This document shows, piece after piece, positions 29,959 through 39,546 of a stretch of DNA of 64,000 bases. The DNA lies in NCBI GenBank assembly GCA_030640025.1, contig DAOWKC010000002.1:4029-68028 (forward strand). The letters are read 5' to 3'. The first letter of the stretch is position 1; every line of letters begins with the position of its first letter. The stretch comes from Candidatus Woesearchaeota archaeon (GTDB lineage: Archaea > Nanobdellota > Nanobdellia > Woesearchaeales > JAGLXL01). The notes under the pieces were generated by a model, which was not told the origin of the DNA, made no database searches, and worked only from the letters and a program-made list of their open reading frames with translations. Position numbers and translations under genes: made by a program.

Positions 29959-30855
29959 ATGAAACATTCCTTGAAAATTACTCTGCTCTTAGTTTTGGTT
30001 TTTTTAGGAGCGCAGATAATCGGTCTGGCAATTACAAATTCTTATATTGATGTTGAAAAAACAACTGAGACTGGTGAAGCAGTGTTTGAGGATTTGCCAA
30101 TTGGTTTAGAAAGGCCAGAGGTTGAGGAGACGACTTCATTTATCTGGATTTTGATAGCCGTAGTGATTGGAACGATTATGTTGTTATTAATGATTAAATT
30201 TAAAGTTGGTTTTTTATGGAAATTGTGGTTTTTTGGAGCGATTTGGCTGACTTTATTGGTGGCTTTTGGAGCTTTTATGCCGATGATGATTGCAATTGTT
30301 TTAGCATTGGGTCTAGCCTTATGGAAGATAATTAGACCAAATGTTTATGTCCAGAATCTGACTGAGTTGTTTGTTTATGGCGGGCTGGCAGCAATATTTG
30401 TACCAATTATGAATATCTTTGCAGCGGTAATGATGTTATTATTGATTTCTGTTTATGATATGTATGCAGTCTGGAAAAGCAAACACATGGTCAAATTGGC
30501 AAAGTTCCAATCCAAACAGAAAATTTTTGCTGGTTTGCTAATTCCTTATGCACTGCCTAAAAGGGAAATCAAGAAAAAAGGAAGGAAAGTTAAAGAAAAA
30601 TTAGTTAAAATCAAGACCGCGGTTTTAGGCGGCGGAGATATTGGTTTTCCTTTGATTTTTACCGGAGTTATTTTAAAAGAATTGATTGAAAAGGGAGCAA
30701 GTTTTCCTTTTTTAAAATCATTAATTGTGACTGTTTGTGTGACGGGTGCTTTACTGCTTTTATTTTTGAAAAGTGAGAAAGATAAATTTTATCCAGCCAT
30801 GCCTTTTATTACGATTGGGTGTCTGGTGGGTTATGCGATTGTTCTTCTTTTGTAA
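29959..30855 (+). CDS. Presenilin/SPP-like GxGD intramembrane protease
   Basis: YD in a TM helix, LGGGD, PAMP. Confidence 0.9.
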   Translation: MKHSLKITLLLVLVFLGAQIIGLAITNSYIDVEKTTETGEAVFEDLPIGLERPEVEETTSFIWILIAVVIGTIMLLLMIKFKVGFLWKLWFFGAIWLTLLVAFGAFMPMMIAIVLALGLALWKIIRPNVYVQNLTELFVYGGLAAIFVPIMNIFAAVMMLLLISVYDMYAVWKSKHMVKLAKFQSKQKIFAGLLIPYALPKREIKKKGRKVKEKLVKIKTAVLGGGDIGFPLIFTGVILKELIEKGASFPFLKSLIVTVCVTGALLLLFLKSEKDKFYPAMPFITIGCLVGYAIVLLL

Positions 30856-31660
30856 AAAGATTTAATCTTTGTTGTTTAGAGCGGGCATCATAAGAGGCAG
30901 GAGTAATGATGAAGCCGTCTTTAGCAGCAATAGTTTGGATGCCGGTTTGTCTTTGGATGTCTCGGGATTCTAATAAAGGGTCGGCTTTAAGGACATCAAA
31001 ACCAAAATGCTGGATAATGGCAAGTCGAGGTTTTGTTTTTTGCAAAAGCTTGATGACAGATTCTTTGTTGAGATGGTTGTCGGTCTTGGTATCTCCAGGA
31101 TAAACCATGTTGAGGATGAGGATGTCGGTATTTTCAAAGGCTTCGGCCAGTTCTTTAGTATAAGCAGTATCAGAAGTGTAGCCAAGGATAAATCTAGGGG
31201 TGACAATCTTGAAACCAATGGTGTTGGGGTCGTGATGTTGGGCAGGTGTGGCATGGATTTCGATATCTTCGATGCCGACCTTTTGTCCTGGTTTCAAGGC
31301 AATGGTTTTTTCCAAGCAATTTTTGTGGAAATTAGTTAAAGTAGGGGTCATGCTTTCATGGCCATTGATAACAGTTTCATTGGCGATTAAGACTCCTTTT
31401 TTATCTAATCCAGAAAGGGTCATGGCATCAATAACAGCATTGACATCATTGCAGTGTCCGACGTGATTATGTGTAACTAAAAGAGCAGTGTTGGCTCTGA
31501 GGTTAATGCCAAATTCTTTGGCCTTGACTAAAGAACCTGGACCAGGATCAATGTGAAATTGGAGGTTATTATCCTGGAGAATGATGCCTCCTGAAGCGCG
31601 GATTTGTCTGCCAATAACTGATTTATCACCGCCAGTACCAAGAAAGATGATTTTTGCCAT
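30809..31660 (-). CDS. Metallo-beta-lactamase fold hydrolase
   Basis: FLGTGG, IDPGPG, THNHVGH, YTSDT. Confidence 0.85.
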   Translation of the reverse strand: MAKIIFLGTGGDKSVIGRQIRASGGIILQDNNLQFHIDPGPGSLVKAKEFGINLRANTALLVTHNHVGHCNDVNAVIDAMTLSGLDKKGVLIANETVINGHESMTPTLTNFHKNCLEKTIALKPGQKVGIEDIEIHATPAQHHDPNTIGFKIVTPRFILGYTSDTAYTKELAEAFENTDILILNMVYPGDTKTDNHLNKESVIKLLQKTKPRLAIIQHFGFDVLKADPLLESRDIQRQTGIQTIAAKDGFIITPASYDARSKQQRLNLFTKEEQSHNPPDTQS

Positions 31661-31831
31661 TTAAACTAAGTCCCCCATGGTTTTTCAGGGGTAATGGGGG
31701 TTAATAAATTTTGTTGTGATTAAGTATAACGAAAATCGCACAACTGTGTGCGATTTTTGGAATTGAAAATTGAATCCAATTTTCAATAATTTAGCGCAAA
31801 TTTTATAAAGGGTAAATTTTGAAATGGTTAT

Positions 31832-32142
31832 GGGTAGGCTAGACATAGCTTATCTGGTTTGGAAAGGCTAGGCTGGATCGTTAGCCGTGATCTATAACCA
31901 CAAATTGGCTATATGGTGGAGCTGAAATCCAAGAGGCGGTATATTTTACTGGCTATTGGCCTTGACCTTACCGTCGAAGCCCTGTCCTATAGGATTGTGG
32001 CTATGTGAATCGCATCAGGCCAGGAATGGAGCAGTGCTTAGCGTAGTTCTCAATGTTTATAGGGTCGCAGAGTGGAGGTGGGTTTAAGGATTAACCAATA
32101 GTTGGTTAATGTATCCACTTTTGGATGTGCCCCATAATACCA
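31832..32142 (+). ncRNA. ffs: SRP (7S) RNA; core about 31865-32137
   Basis: Alu-domain pattern GGCTAGGCT...TATAACC...AGCTGAA; helix 8 TCAGGCCAGGAATGGAGCAG; helix 5 atccaagag/cttttggat; TATA at 31801-31809. Confidence 0.9.
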
Positions 32143-32236
32143 TGAACAAACAAATTTACCTGACGTCTTGTGGAGCACAACCCACTGGACAAGTCCTCAC
32201 GCAGGATATTTAAAAGATAAATTCTTATTAAATTTC

Positions 32237-32974
32237 ATGAATAAAATTAAGTATGAGAGATTTGAAAATATTATTATAGAAAATGGATTAATGAGAGTAG
32301 CAAGGTCTCCTCATAAATTAAAAATCCCTGTTTTAGATTCTGATTTGGCTTATTTGACTGGATATCATTTGGGTGATGGCTATCTGGAGGATATTGAAAA
32401 AACATATGGGAGAGGAGAACAAAATTATGAAATTACTTATGGTGATTTTGATTTGGAACAAATCAAGTTAGTTAGTTTGATTATCAAAGATAAATTTGAT
32501 TTTAATTTAAGAGTTTTCAAAAGGAAAAATACTAATATGTGGGTTGGCAAGGCTGGTTCATGTAAAGTTCTTCATTGGTTTTTGAATAAACAGTTAAAAA
32601 TTCCAATGGGGAAAAAGAACATAATTTCTATTCCTGGTTGGATCTTGTCTGATAGATATTTTATGAGTAATTTTTTAAGTGGTTTTTTTGATGCTGAGGC
32701 TGATATAAGTAAAACTATCAATCGTGTTGTTAATGATAAAAGGTATTTTAAAATTAGATTTCAATTAACACAGAAAGATAGAACTATTCTAGAGGAAATT
32801 AAAGAAATTTTGAAAGGAAGATATAGTATTAAATCAGATATCCAAAGAAAATGGAATCAAGATGTATTCATTCTTAGATTTGTTGGGAAAAAATCCTCAT
32901 TAATTTTTCAAAAGAAAATAAATTTTAGAAATCCTACGAAAAGAAAGAAACTTGATTTATTGTTAAGAGACTGA
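32237..32974 (+). CDS. Double-motif LAGLIDADG homing endonuclease
   Basis: LAYLTGYHLGDG and FLSGFFDAEA; likely start ATG 32237. Confidence 0.9.
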   Translation: MNKIKYERFENIIIENGLMRVARSPHKLKIPVLDSDLAYLTGYHLGDGYLEDIEKTYGRGEQNYEITYGDFDLEQIKLVSLIIKDKFDFNLRVFKRKNTNMWVGKAGSCKVLHWFLNKQLKIPMGKKNIISIPGWILSDRYFMSNFLSGFFDAEADISKTINRVVNDKRYFKIRFQLTQKDRTILEEIKEILKGRYSIKSDIQRKWNQDVFILRFVGKKSSLIFQKKINFRNPTKRKKLDLLLRD

Positions 32975-32991
32975 TGGCGTGCCTACCTACT

Positions 32992-33681
32992 TTATTTTTC
33001 TGGTCTTTTTAGAATTAATTCTTCCTTAAGATTTTCTTTCTTAAGATTTTCAACGATCTTTTCAGCTACGAACATAGGGTCCATAAAATTTTTGAAATCT
33101 GCTGGTTTTTCCTCATCAAAAAGGTGTGTTTTCATGCCGCCTGGATAAATCCCAATTACTTGAATTCCACTTGGTTTTGCTTCTAAACTTAATGATTTTG
33201 TAAATCCTGCTGTAGCATACTTGCTGGTACAATATCCGGATGAACCAGCTCTGCCTTCCAATGCACTAGTGGATAAGATATTGATAATTGTTCCAGATTT
33301 TTGCTTCTTCATTTGTACTAATGCAAATTTAGAACCGTAAATTGTCCCAAATAAATTCACTTCAATCATCTCATGAACTCTTTTCCAATCGGTTTCTTCA
33401 ATTAGCGCATGAGGGAGCCAAATTCCAGCATTATTAATCCAAATATCAATCCGACCAAATTTTTCCAAGGTTTTATCTGCAAGATTTGCGACTTGTTTTT
33501 CATTGGTTACATCAGCCATAATAGATATGGCACCGATAGTTGTAGATAATTCTTCTAAATCTTCTTTTGAACGTCCACTTAGAACTAAATTACATCCTTC
33601 TTTTGCTAAGATAAGAGCCAGCTCTCGACCTAGACCTTTACTTGCCCCGGTTATAACAACAATTTTATCTTTTAATTTCAT
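32992..33681 (-). CDS. Short-chain dehydrogenase/reductase
   Basis: TGASKGLG, NNAG, YCTSK. Confidence 0.92.
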   Translation of the reverse strand: MKLKDKIVVITGASKGLGRELALILAKEGCNLVLSGRSKEDLEELSTTIGAISIMADVTNEKQVANLADKTLEKFGRIDIWINNAGIWLPHALIEETDWKRVHEMIEVNLFGTIYGSKFALVQMKKQKSGTIINILSTSALEGRAGSSGYCTSKYATAGFTKSLSLEAKPSGIQVIGIYPGGMKTHLFDEEKPADFKNFMDPMFVAEKIVENLKKENLKEELILKRPEK

Positions 33682-36596
33682 TTCACTAATATAGCTGGTT
33701 TATTTGGCAGGGCTTGGCTGGCTTTTGATTCTTGGGAGTTTTCAGCATTAGTGATTTCTATTTGGGCATGGCTGTATCTTTTTGACAGGAAATCTTGAGC
33801 ATGTTCAATGGCTTGGTTTTCTAAGGCTTGACTGGTGACATCTGGTACTGAGCCTAATTTAACATATCTTGGAAGTATCTTAGTGATGTCTTTGCCGTAT
33901 TGTTTTAAATCATCGGTCATGGCTCTTTTGAGGATTTCTTTGAAGTCATGGGTTTCATTGAAGATTTGTTTTAAGTTTTTGAAAAGCAGGTATTTCCATT
34001 GCGGTGAAATGATGAGAGTGATGGTTTTTGGTTTTTCAATCTTAGCTAGTTTAAGAACAGTGTTGATATCAGTCATAACTTGGCTAATCAATTCTTCGCC
34101 ACGTTCAAAATCTTGGTTGATTTTGGTTGGGTCAAATTTTGGCCAGAGTTCTTGAGAGACATAAGCTTTTTTGCCAATGGCTGACCACATTTCTTCGCAA
34201 AAGTGGGGTGTGAAGGGGGTGAGGAGTTTGATCTGGGCTTCAATGTATTGATTGATTAAATCTTTGTGGTAATTGATATTGGTTCTTTTACTGTACCATT
34301 TGAGGTGTCGTTGAAGGTCGAGGAAACCTTTAAGGATAGCTGATTTGAATTCAATGTTTTCCATGTGCTGAGTAGATTCTTTGACAGCATTGTTGAGAAT
34401 GGATTCAAACCAATCATCAATTGGCAGTCGTTCTGTTCGGCCTTGGTTGTAATTTTCTTTGATGAAGGTGTGGAGTTCATTAAGTTTTTTGGGAGCTGTT
34501 TCTAAAAAGGTCATGTCGAAGTTGGCATCATCAATACCTTCACCAGCATTAGCTGCTGTGAGACGGACGATATCAGCGCCATGTTTTTGGTAGAGTTCTC
34601 TAGCAGTGAAAAAGTTGCCTTTGGATTTTGACATTTTCTGATTGTCAACCATGATGCGGCCGTTGATAGCATAGGCCTGCGGCCAATGTTTTTTTGGAAA
34701 AATAGCGGTATGATTGAAAATGCAGAAAGCCAGGTGATTTTGGATTAAATCTTTGGCGCTGTTACGGAAATCAAAAGGATACCAATATTCAAAATCTTTT
34801 TTCATGGTTTCAATTATTTTTTTTGGAATTTGTGTTGATTTTTCAACTGCATCTGCTTTGCCTTTGTTGAGATAGATGTAATCAAAAAATTCGTCGTTTA
34901 ATTTATCTATTTTGAAACCATAATCTTCTGGGTGCTGTAGATATTTTGAAATAGTGCCATAAGCCATTTGAATGGTTGAATCTGATAATGATTCAATGAC
35001 CCAATTTTGATCCCAAGGCAATTTAGTGCCAAGGCCAAATTCTCTGGTACAGGCCCAATGATGCAGCCAGTCTATAACATAGTCGAATTGTTTTCTGACC
35101 TGTTCTGGGTAAAGTTTCATGCTGTCGAGGCATTGGTGGGCTAGTTTTTTCCATTTTAAATCATTGTATTCAAGGAACCATTGGTCGCTGACAACTTTGA
35201 CAATGCATTTAGTTAAACAGCGGCAAGTGACTGGGCCGGTGAGTTCATAGAAAGTATCGATGAGGCCCTGTTCAAGAAGTTCTTTTTTGATGATTTTCTG
35301 GCCTTCTGGAATTGGCATGCCGGCTAAGCTTTTGGAAAAGCCTTTTTTGTAGAGAGGGCCAAAAGTTGATTGGGTAAAAGTAAGTTTGTAAAGTTCTTTT
35401 TTTATTTTTTCAAGTTTGTCGCGTTCATTTTGTGATTTGACCTTGTATTTGTCTAAGAAATATTGAGCTGAGTTGGCGCCGATTTCCGGGGTATTGAAGA
35501 TTTCAATTGGTTTAATGGCTTTGACTTCTGCCGGGTCGAGATTGTATTTTTTGATTAAGGCGTCATTTTTTTGAAGTTCTTGAAGGGCAATTAAGTCGTC
35601 AGCTGAATCTGAAGGAACAGAATGAACCATACCAGTGCCATAATTTGGGTCAAGGAAAGTAGCAGGCAGGACGAGAAGTTCTTTATCACCAAAAGATTCT
35701 ACTTTTTGTCCGATTAATGTTTCTCCTTTGACTTGGCCGATGATCTTGACTTGGAAATCCTGGTCTTGGAGTTTTTTAATCATGGGCTCGCCAACAATCC
35801 AATGTTCGCCTCTAGTTTCAATTTCAGTGTATTCAATTTCAGGATTAGCATAGACATTAGTAATGCCCCAAACAGTATCGTGTCTGAGAGTGGCAGTGAG
35901 GATATAACGGTTGTCAGGCAATTTAAATTTGAAAAGAATAAATTCTTGCGGTGTTTCACCTTCTCCTTCAGCCCGGTCGTGGTCGCCAACAGGAAGATTG
36001 TCTTTAGGACACCAGACAACTGGGTGTTTGCCTTTTTTGACATAACCTTTTTCTTTTAATTTATTGAATTGCCAGGTGATGAAAGCATCGTAAGGCGGAT
36101 TTAAGTAAGTTGTTTTGAATGCATAACATTCGTCGATGGAGAAGCCCAAGGCTTTGGCGTCTTTGAGAGTTTCCTTGGGAAAGTATTCTGTCCAGTATTC
36201 TGGGTCAGAGAATTTAGGAATTTCTTTATCTGAGATGCCCATTTTTTTCAGAGTTTGGATTTGCTGGGGTTCGTTTTCTTTGACTCTTTGGGCAGCAGCA
36301 ATAATGGGGGTGCCAGTGCAGTGGAAGCCAAATTTAGCTAAAGTGTTGTAGTTTTGCATGCGTTTGTATCTTAATTGGATTTCAGAAGTCATGTAAGTGA
36401 ATAAATGTCCTAAGTGAAGAAGGCCACTCATATAAGGATAAACAATGGCAACATAGAATTTTTTCCTATTATCTACTTCGGCGTGGAAGACTTTATCTTG
36501 ATCCCACTTTTCCTGCCATTTTTTTTCTATTTCTTTGAATGTCAGAATTCCCTTGGAATTCTGAGCATGATCAAAAACTACTGGTTCTTTTTTCAT
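33678..36596 (-). CDS. leuS: Leucyl-tRNA synthetase (archaeal type)
   Basis: PYMSGLLHLGH, KMSKS, CP1 editing domain. Confidence 0.95.
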   Translation of the reverse strand: MKKEPVVFDHAQNSKGILTFKEIEKKWQEKWDQDKVFHAEVDNRKKFYVAIVYPYMSGLLHLGHLFTYMTSEIQLRYKRMQNYNTLAKFGFHCTGTPIIAAAQRVKENEPQQIQTLKKMGISDKEIPKFSDPEYWTEYFPKETLKDAKALGFSIDECYAFKTTYLNPPYDAFITWQFNKLKEKGYVKKGKHPVVWCPKDNLPVGDHDRAEGEGETPQEFILFKFKLPDNRYILTATLRHDTVWGITNVYANPEIEYTEIETRGEHWIVGEPMIKKLQDQDFQVKIIGQVKGETLIGQKVESFGDKELLVLPATFLDPNYGTGMVHSVPSDSADDLIALQELQKNDALIKKYNLDPAEVKAIKPIEIFNTPEIGANSAQYFLDKYKVKSQNERDKLEKIKKELYKLTFTQSTFGPLYKKGFSKSLAGMPIPEGQKIIKKELLEQGLIDTFYELTGPVTCRCLTKCIVKVVSDQWFLEYNDLKWKKLAHQCLDSMKLYPEQVRKQFDYVIDWLHHWACTREFGLGTKLPWDQNWVIESLSDSTIQMAYGTISKYLQHPEDYGFKIDKLNDEFFDYIYLNKGKADAVEKSTQIPKKIIETMKKDFEYWYPFDFRNSAKDLIQNHLAFCIFNHTAIFPKKHWPQAYAINGRIMVDNQKMSKSKGNFFTARELYQKHGADIVRLTAANAGEGIDDANFDMTFLETAPKKLNELHTFIKENYNQGRTERLPIDDWFESILNNAVKESTQHMENIEFKSAILKGFLDLQRHLKWYSKRTNINYHKDLINQYIEAQIKLLTPFTPHFCEEMWSAIGKKAYVSQELWPKFDPTKINQDFERGEELISQVMTDINTVLKLAKIEKPKTITLIISPQWKYLLFKNLKQIFNETHDFKEILKRAMTDDLKQYGKDITKILPRYVKLGSVPDVTSQALENQAIEHAQDFLSKRYSHAQIEITNAENSQESKASQALPNKPAILVK

Positions 36597-36689
36597 GATT
36601 TTCGCTTTGCTCCAAACCACCTTTTTGTGAAGGTAGTTTTTGACAGTTCATAATAATAAAAGAATAAAGAATGGTTTTTAAATTTAGTG

Positions 36690-36887
36690 TTAAAATTTCT
36701 TAAATTCAGCGACCATGTCAATCAAATCAACGTGACCCATGAATAAAGCCCGGCAGCAGTATCTTTCTAAACCTAAGTTATCTAAGACTTTTTTGGTCTC
36801 TTCGCCTTTTTCAGTCCGTTCCTTAAAGGATTCCCATAAATGGCCTACTGGTTTGCCGCAACTGAAACATCTAATTGGAATCATCAT
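36690..36887 (-). CDS. rpoN: RNA polymerase subunit N (Rpo10)
   Basis: PIRCFSCG, RYCCR. Confidence 0.96.
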   Translation of the reverse strand: MMIPIRCFSCGKPVGHLWESFKERTEKGEETKKVLDNLGLERYCCRALFMGHVDLIDMVAEFKKF

Positions 36888-36893
36888 TTTTGA

Positions 36894-37295
36894 TCACCTA
36901 TAACTCTTCTGGCTCTTAGCCCTTGCTTTGCTGTGGCGGCCTGGTTTTCTGGTTTCTTTTCTTCTGACGTCAGCAACAATTAATCTTCGGTCATAATTTT
37001 CAAATTCTTTTTCCAGTTTTTTATCATATTGGGCTAAGGCACGGCCGATAGCTAAACGAGCAGCTTCTGCCTGACCATTAATTCCGCCACCAGTAACTTT
37101 GACATTGATGTCTATTTCTTTTAAAATATCTCCAGCGAGAATAATAGGCTCCTGGATTTTGAGTTTAAGAATAGTATTGTTATAATTATCTAAAAAAGTA
37201 TTGTTAATTCTGACTTTGCCTTTGCCTGGCTTTAAAGTAGCTCGGGCAATAGCTGATTTTCTTTTTCCACTAGTATTAATTATTTTTGTTGCCAT
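36894..37295 (-). CDS. rps9: 30S ribosomal protein S9
   Basis: GKRKSAIARA, GGGINGQ, QKSYR. Confidence 0.96.
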   Translation of the reverse strand: MATKIINTSGKRKSAIARATLKPGKGKVRINNTFLDNYNNTILKLKIQEPIILAGDILKEIDINVKVTGGGINGQAEAARLAIGRALAQYDKKLEKEFENYDRRLIVADVRRKETRKPGRHSKARAKSQKSYR

Positions 37296-37708
37296 TTTCC
37301 ACCTAAGATTTTACAAATATCTCCAACTGTGACGTATTTGAGATTAGGAATCTTTTGAACATTGATTTTTTCTAAAGTTTCTAGTTGAGCATCTTTGAAT
37401 TCGTTGGGAACGCCAACATAACATTTTATTTTTTTAAGAGCGTCTCGGCCTCTGGTCTTTTTTCTTGGGACCATGCCCCTAATGCTTCTTTTGACAAAGG
37501 AATCTGGTCTTCGTGGTGTGAAAGGACCCCAGCGTGGATGACCTCTTTGCTGTTTTTGCTTGTGTTTGGCAAAAATCTGTTTTTTATCTCCACTGACCAT
37601 AATTTTTTCGCAGTTGACTAAGGTGATTTCTTCACCTAACAAAACCTGCTTGGCTATGTATGAAGCCAATCTTCCTAAGATGAGATTTTCGCCGTTGATT
37701 ACTTTCAT
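37280..37708 (-). CDS. rpl13: 50S ribosomal protein L13
   Basis: ILGRLAS, IRGMVP. Confidence 0.95.
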   Translation of the reverse strand: MKVINGENLILGRLASYIAKQVLLGEEITLVNCEKIMVSGDKKQIFAKHKQKQQRGHPRWGPFTPRRPDSFVKRSIRGMVPRKKTRGRDALKKIKCYVGVPNEFKDAQLETLEKINVQKIPNLKYVTVGDICKILGGKWQQK

Positions 37709-38067
37709 CCTATGATTCTCACGTTCTTTCCTTTTGGATTTTCTTTGATTAATTGTTGGATAGTTAAGAGTTTTCCTGATTTAGTGATTTTTTCTTGTGC
37801 TTCTTTGGAAACAGTGTAAGCAGCAACATTAAGTTTTTTAGTCAATTGTCCAACACTTAAGATTTTGCCTGGGACAACAACTGTTTCGCCATCTTTGGCA
37901 AACTGGTCGATTTTGTAAATATTAACAGCTCTTCTTTGGCGTGAAGGTTTTTCCAGGTCATGGGCGATTCTTTTCCAAAGCTTGACTCCTTCGGCTAATG
38001 ATTTCTCTTTCAGCTCTTGAATGAGCTTTTTCAAGTTTTGGTTTGTTGGACCTGTTCTTTTTGACAT
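37705..38067 (-). CDS. rpl18e: 50S ribosomal protein L18e
   Basis: TGPTN, VVVPGKIL. Confidence 0.95.
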   Translation of the reverse strand: MSKRTGPTNQNLKKLIQELKEKSLAEGVKLWKRIAHDLEKPSRQRRAVNIYKIDQFAKDGETVVVPGKILSVGQLTKKLNVAAYTVSKEAQEKITKSGKLLTIQQLIKENPKGKNVRIIG

Positions 38068-38134
38068 TTTTCTTCGAAAATGCGGGCATGTAAAAATCCG
38101 TTCCGGATTTTTGAGCCCCCATTCACTTCGTGAA

Positions 38135-38233
38135 TGCGGGAGACGGGGTTTGAACCCGCGCAGGCACTAAGCCACTAGGCTTTTGCTGATGACATCCTCA
38201 ACCTAGCCCGTTTGACCACTCCGGCACCCCCGC
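38135..38233 (-). tRNA. tRNA-Leu(GAG) with a 15-nt intron at 37/38 (38181-38195)
   Basis: CTAGG-TTGAGG|intron|G-CCTAG, long variable arm; conserved position between rpoD and rpl18e. Confidence 0.9.
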
Positions 38234-38284
38234 GAATATAATGAGTGGGGACCAGGAAAACTTGTTTTTCGCTGCCCCGTGTGT

Positions 38285-39079
38285 TTACTTGAGGAGTTTA
38301 GCCAACTCGTCAAGACGGTTGATGAGCATGTCAGCAGCAGTATCCAGGATTTGTTTTGGGTCAAGTTGACCCCAACTTTCAACGTGAAAAACAAAATTAT
38401 TGATATTTTCGATTTGAGCGCCTAATTTTTCCAAAGATTCGATGCAAGCTTCATAATTAAGACTTTGGAGCAAAGCTTCATGATTAATTTTAATTTTGTT
38501 GCCAGCTAATTGGAAAACATTTTTATCAATCCTAACCAAAGCTTGCTTGTCTTCGTTTTTTAATTTGGAAGCATCGAATTTAATTGATGGTTCGTGTTTG
38601 TAAAAAACTAAACCAGGCGAGTATTTAGCATGATTCTTGCCTTGGCCTAAAACAGCTGTAGCAACTAGTTCTAATTTTTGTTTAGCTAAGAGCTTGACAA
38701 CAGGCATGTCTGGATAAACAAACTTACATTTAGGGTCTTTACTCTGAGCATCTGAAGCAGTGACAATGCCTCTCTTGCCTGTTTTGAGGATAATTTTTAA
38801 TTGGCATTTAGCACAGCCAGCACCTTTGCATGAGCATTCTTCTGGTAAATCATAGCTTTTGAGATCGGTTTTGATTGGCATTAATCCTAAACGGTGAGCT
38901 ACAATTTCGTCATATAAAGCTGAGCTGTTATCATGGAATTCAACTTCTTCGATGGCTAAAACAGGGACTTCGTCCATGGCAAAACACCTAATAACATTAG
39001 CAAAGGCTTCGGTGGAATCTTTTAAAATAAAAGACAATTTATTGTTCTTTTTATCCAAATTTAAATTTTCAATCTTCAT
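38285..39079 (-). CDS. rpoD: RNA polymerase subunit D (Rpo3)
   Basis: [24 protein letters not shown]. Confidence 0.95.
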   Translation of the reverse strand: MKIENLNLDKKNNKLSFILKDSTEAFANVIRCFAMDEVPVLAIEEVEFHDNSSALYDEIVAHRLGLMPIKTDLKSYDLPEECSCKGAGCAKCQLKIILKTGKRGIVTASDAQSKDPKCKFVYPDMPVVKLLAKQKLELVATAVLGQGKNHAKYSPGLVFYKHEPSIKFDASKLKNEDKQALVRIDKNVFQLAGNKIKINHEALLQSLNYEACIESLEKLGAQIENINNFVFHVESWGQLDPKQILDTAADMLINRLDELAKLLK

Positions 39080-39546
39080 ACTCTTCTACCTCTGCGTCCG
39101 CCTTTAACACGGCAACCGTCATGGGCTTCTGGAGTAACATCTTCGATTCTGCCTATCTTTAGGCCCATTCTTGAAAGAGCTCTGATAGCAGCTTGAGCAC
39201 CAGGACCGGGATTAGATGGACCTTGATGTCCGCCTGGAGCTCTGACTTTTACATGCAAACCATTGATACCTTTATCTTTAATCAAATCAGCTATTTTCTT
39301 GGCAGCAGTCATAGCAGCAGTTGGTGAGCTTTCCAACCGGTCGGCTTTGACAACCTGTCCGCCGCTGGTTCGGGCAATGGTTTCTGTTCCAGTAATATCA
39401 GTAACGTGAATAATAGTATTATTGTAACTAGAATAAATGTGAGCAACAGCCCATCTTATTTTTCGGTCAAATCTATAATCTGATCTTGGGGCTCTTGGAG
39501 TTCTTGGCGGCCTTGAAGATTTTTGATATCGAGGATTTGGTCTCAT
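39076..39546 (-). CDS. rps11: 30S ribosomal protein S11
   Basis: [29 protein letters not shown]. Confidence 0.96.
   Translation of the reverse strand: MRPNPRYQKSSRPPRTPRAPRSDYRFDRKIRWAVAHIYSSYNNTIIHVTDITGTETIARTSGGQVVKADRLESSPTAAMTAAKKIADLIKDKGINGLHVKVRAPGGHQGPSNPGPGAQAAIRALSRMGLKIGRIEDVTPEAHDGCRVKGGRRGRRV

Noticed and set aside
32125-32985. Conventional BHB intron removing the endonuclease between the two GTGCC copies
   Set aside because: The central helix ATGT/GCGT is weak and the flanking helices barely pair; the BHB around the SRP core fits much better, though this option is not excluded
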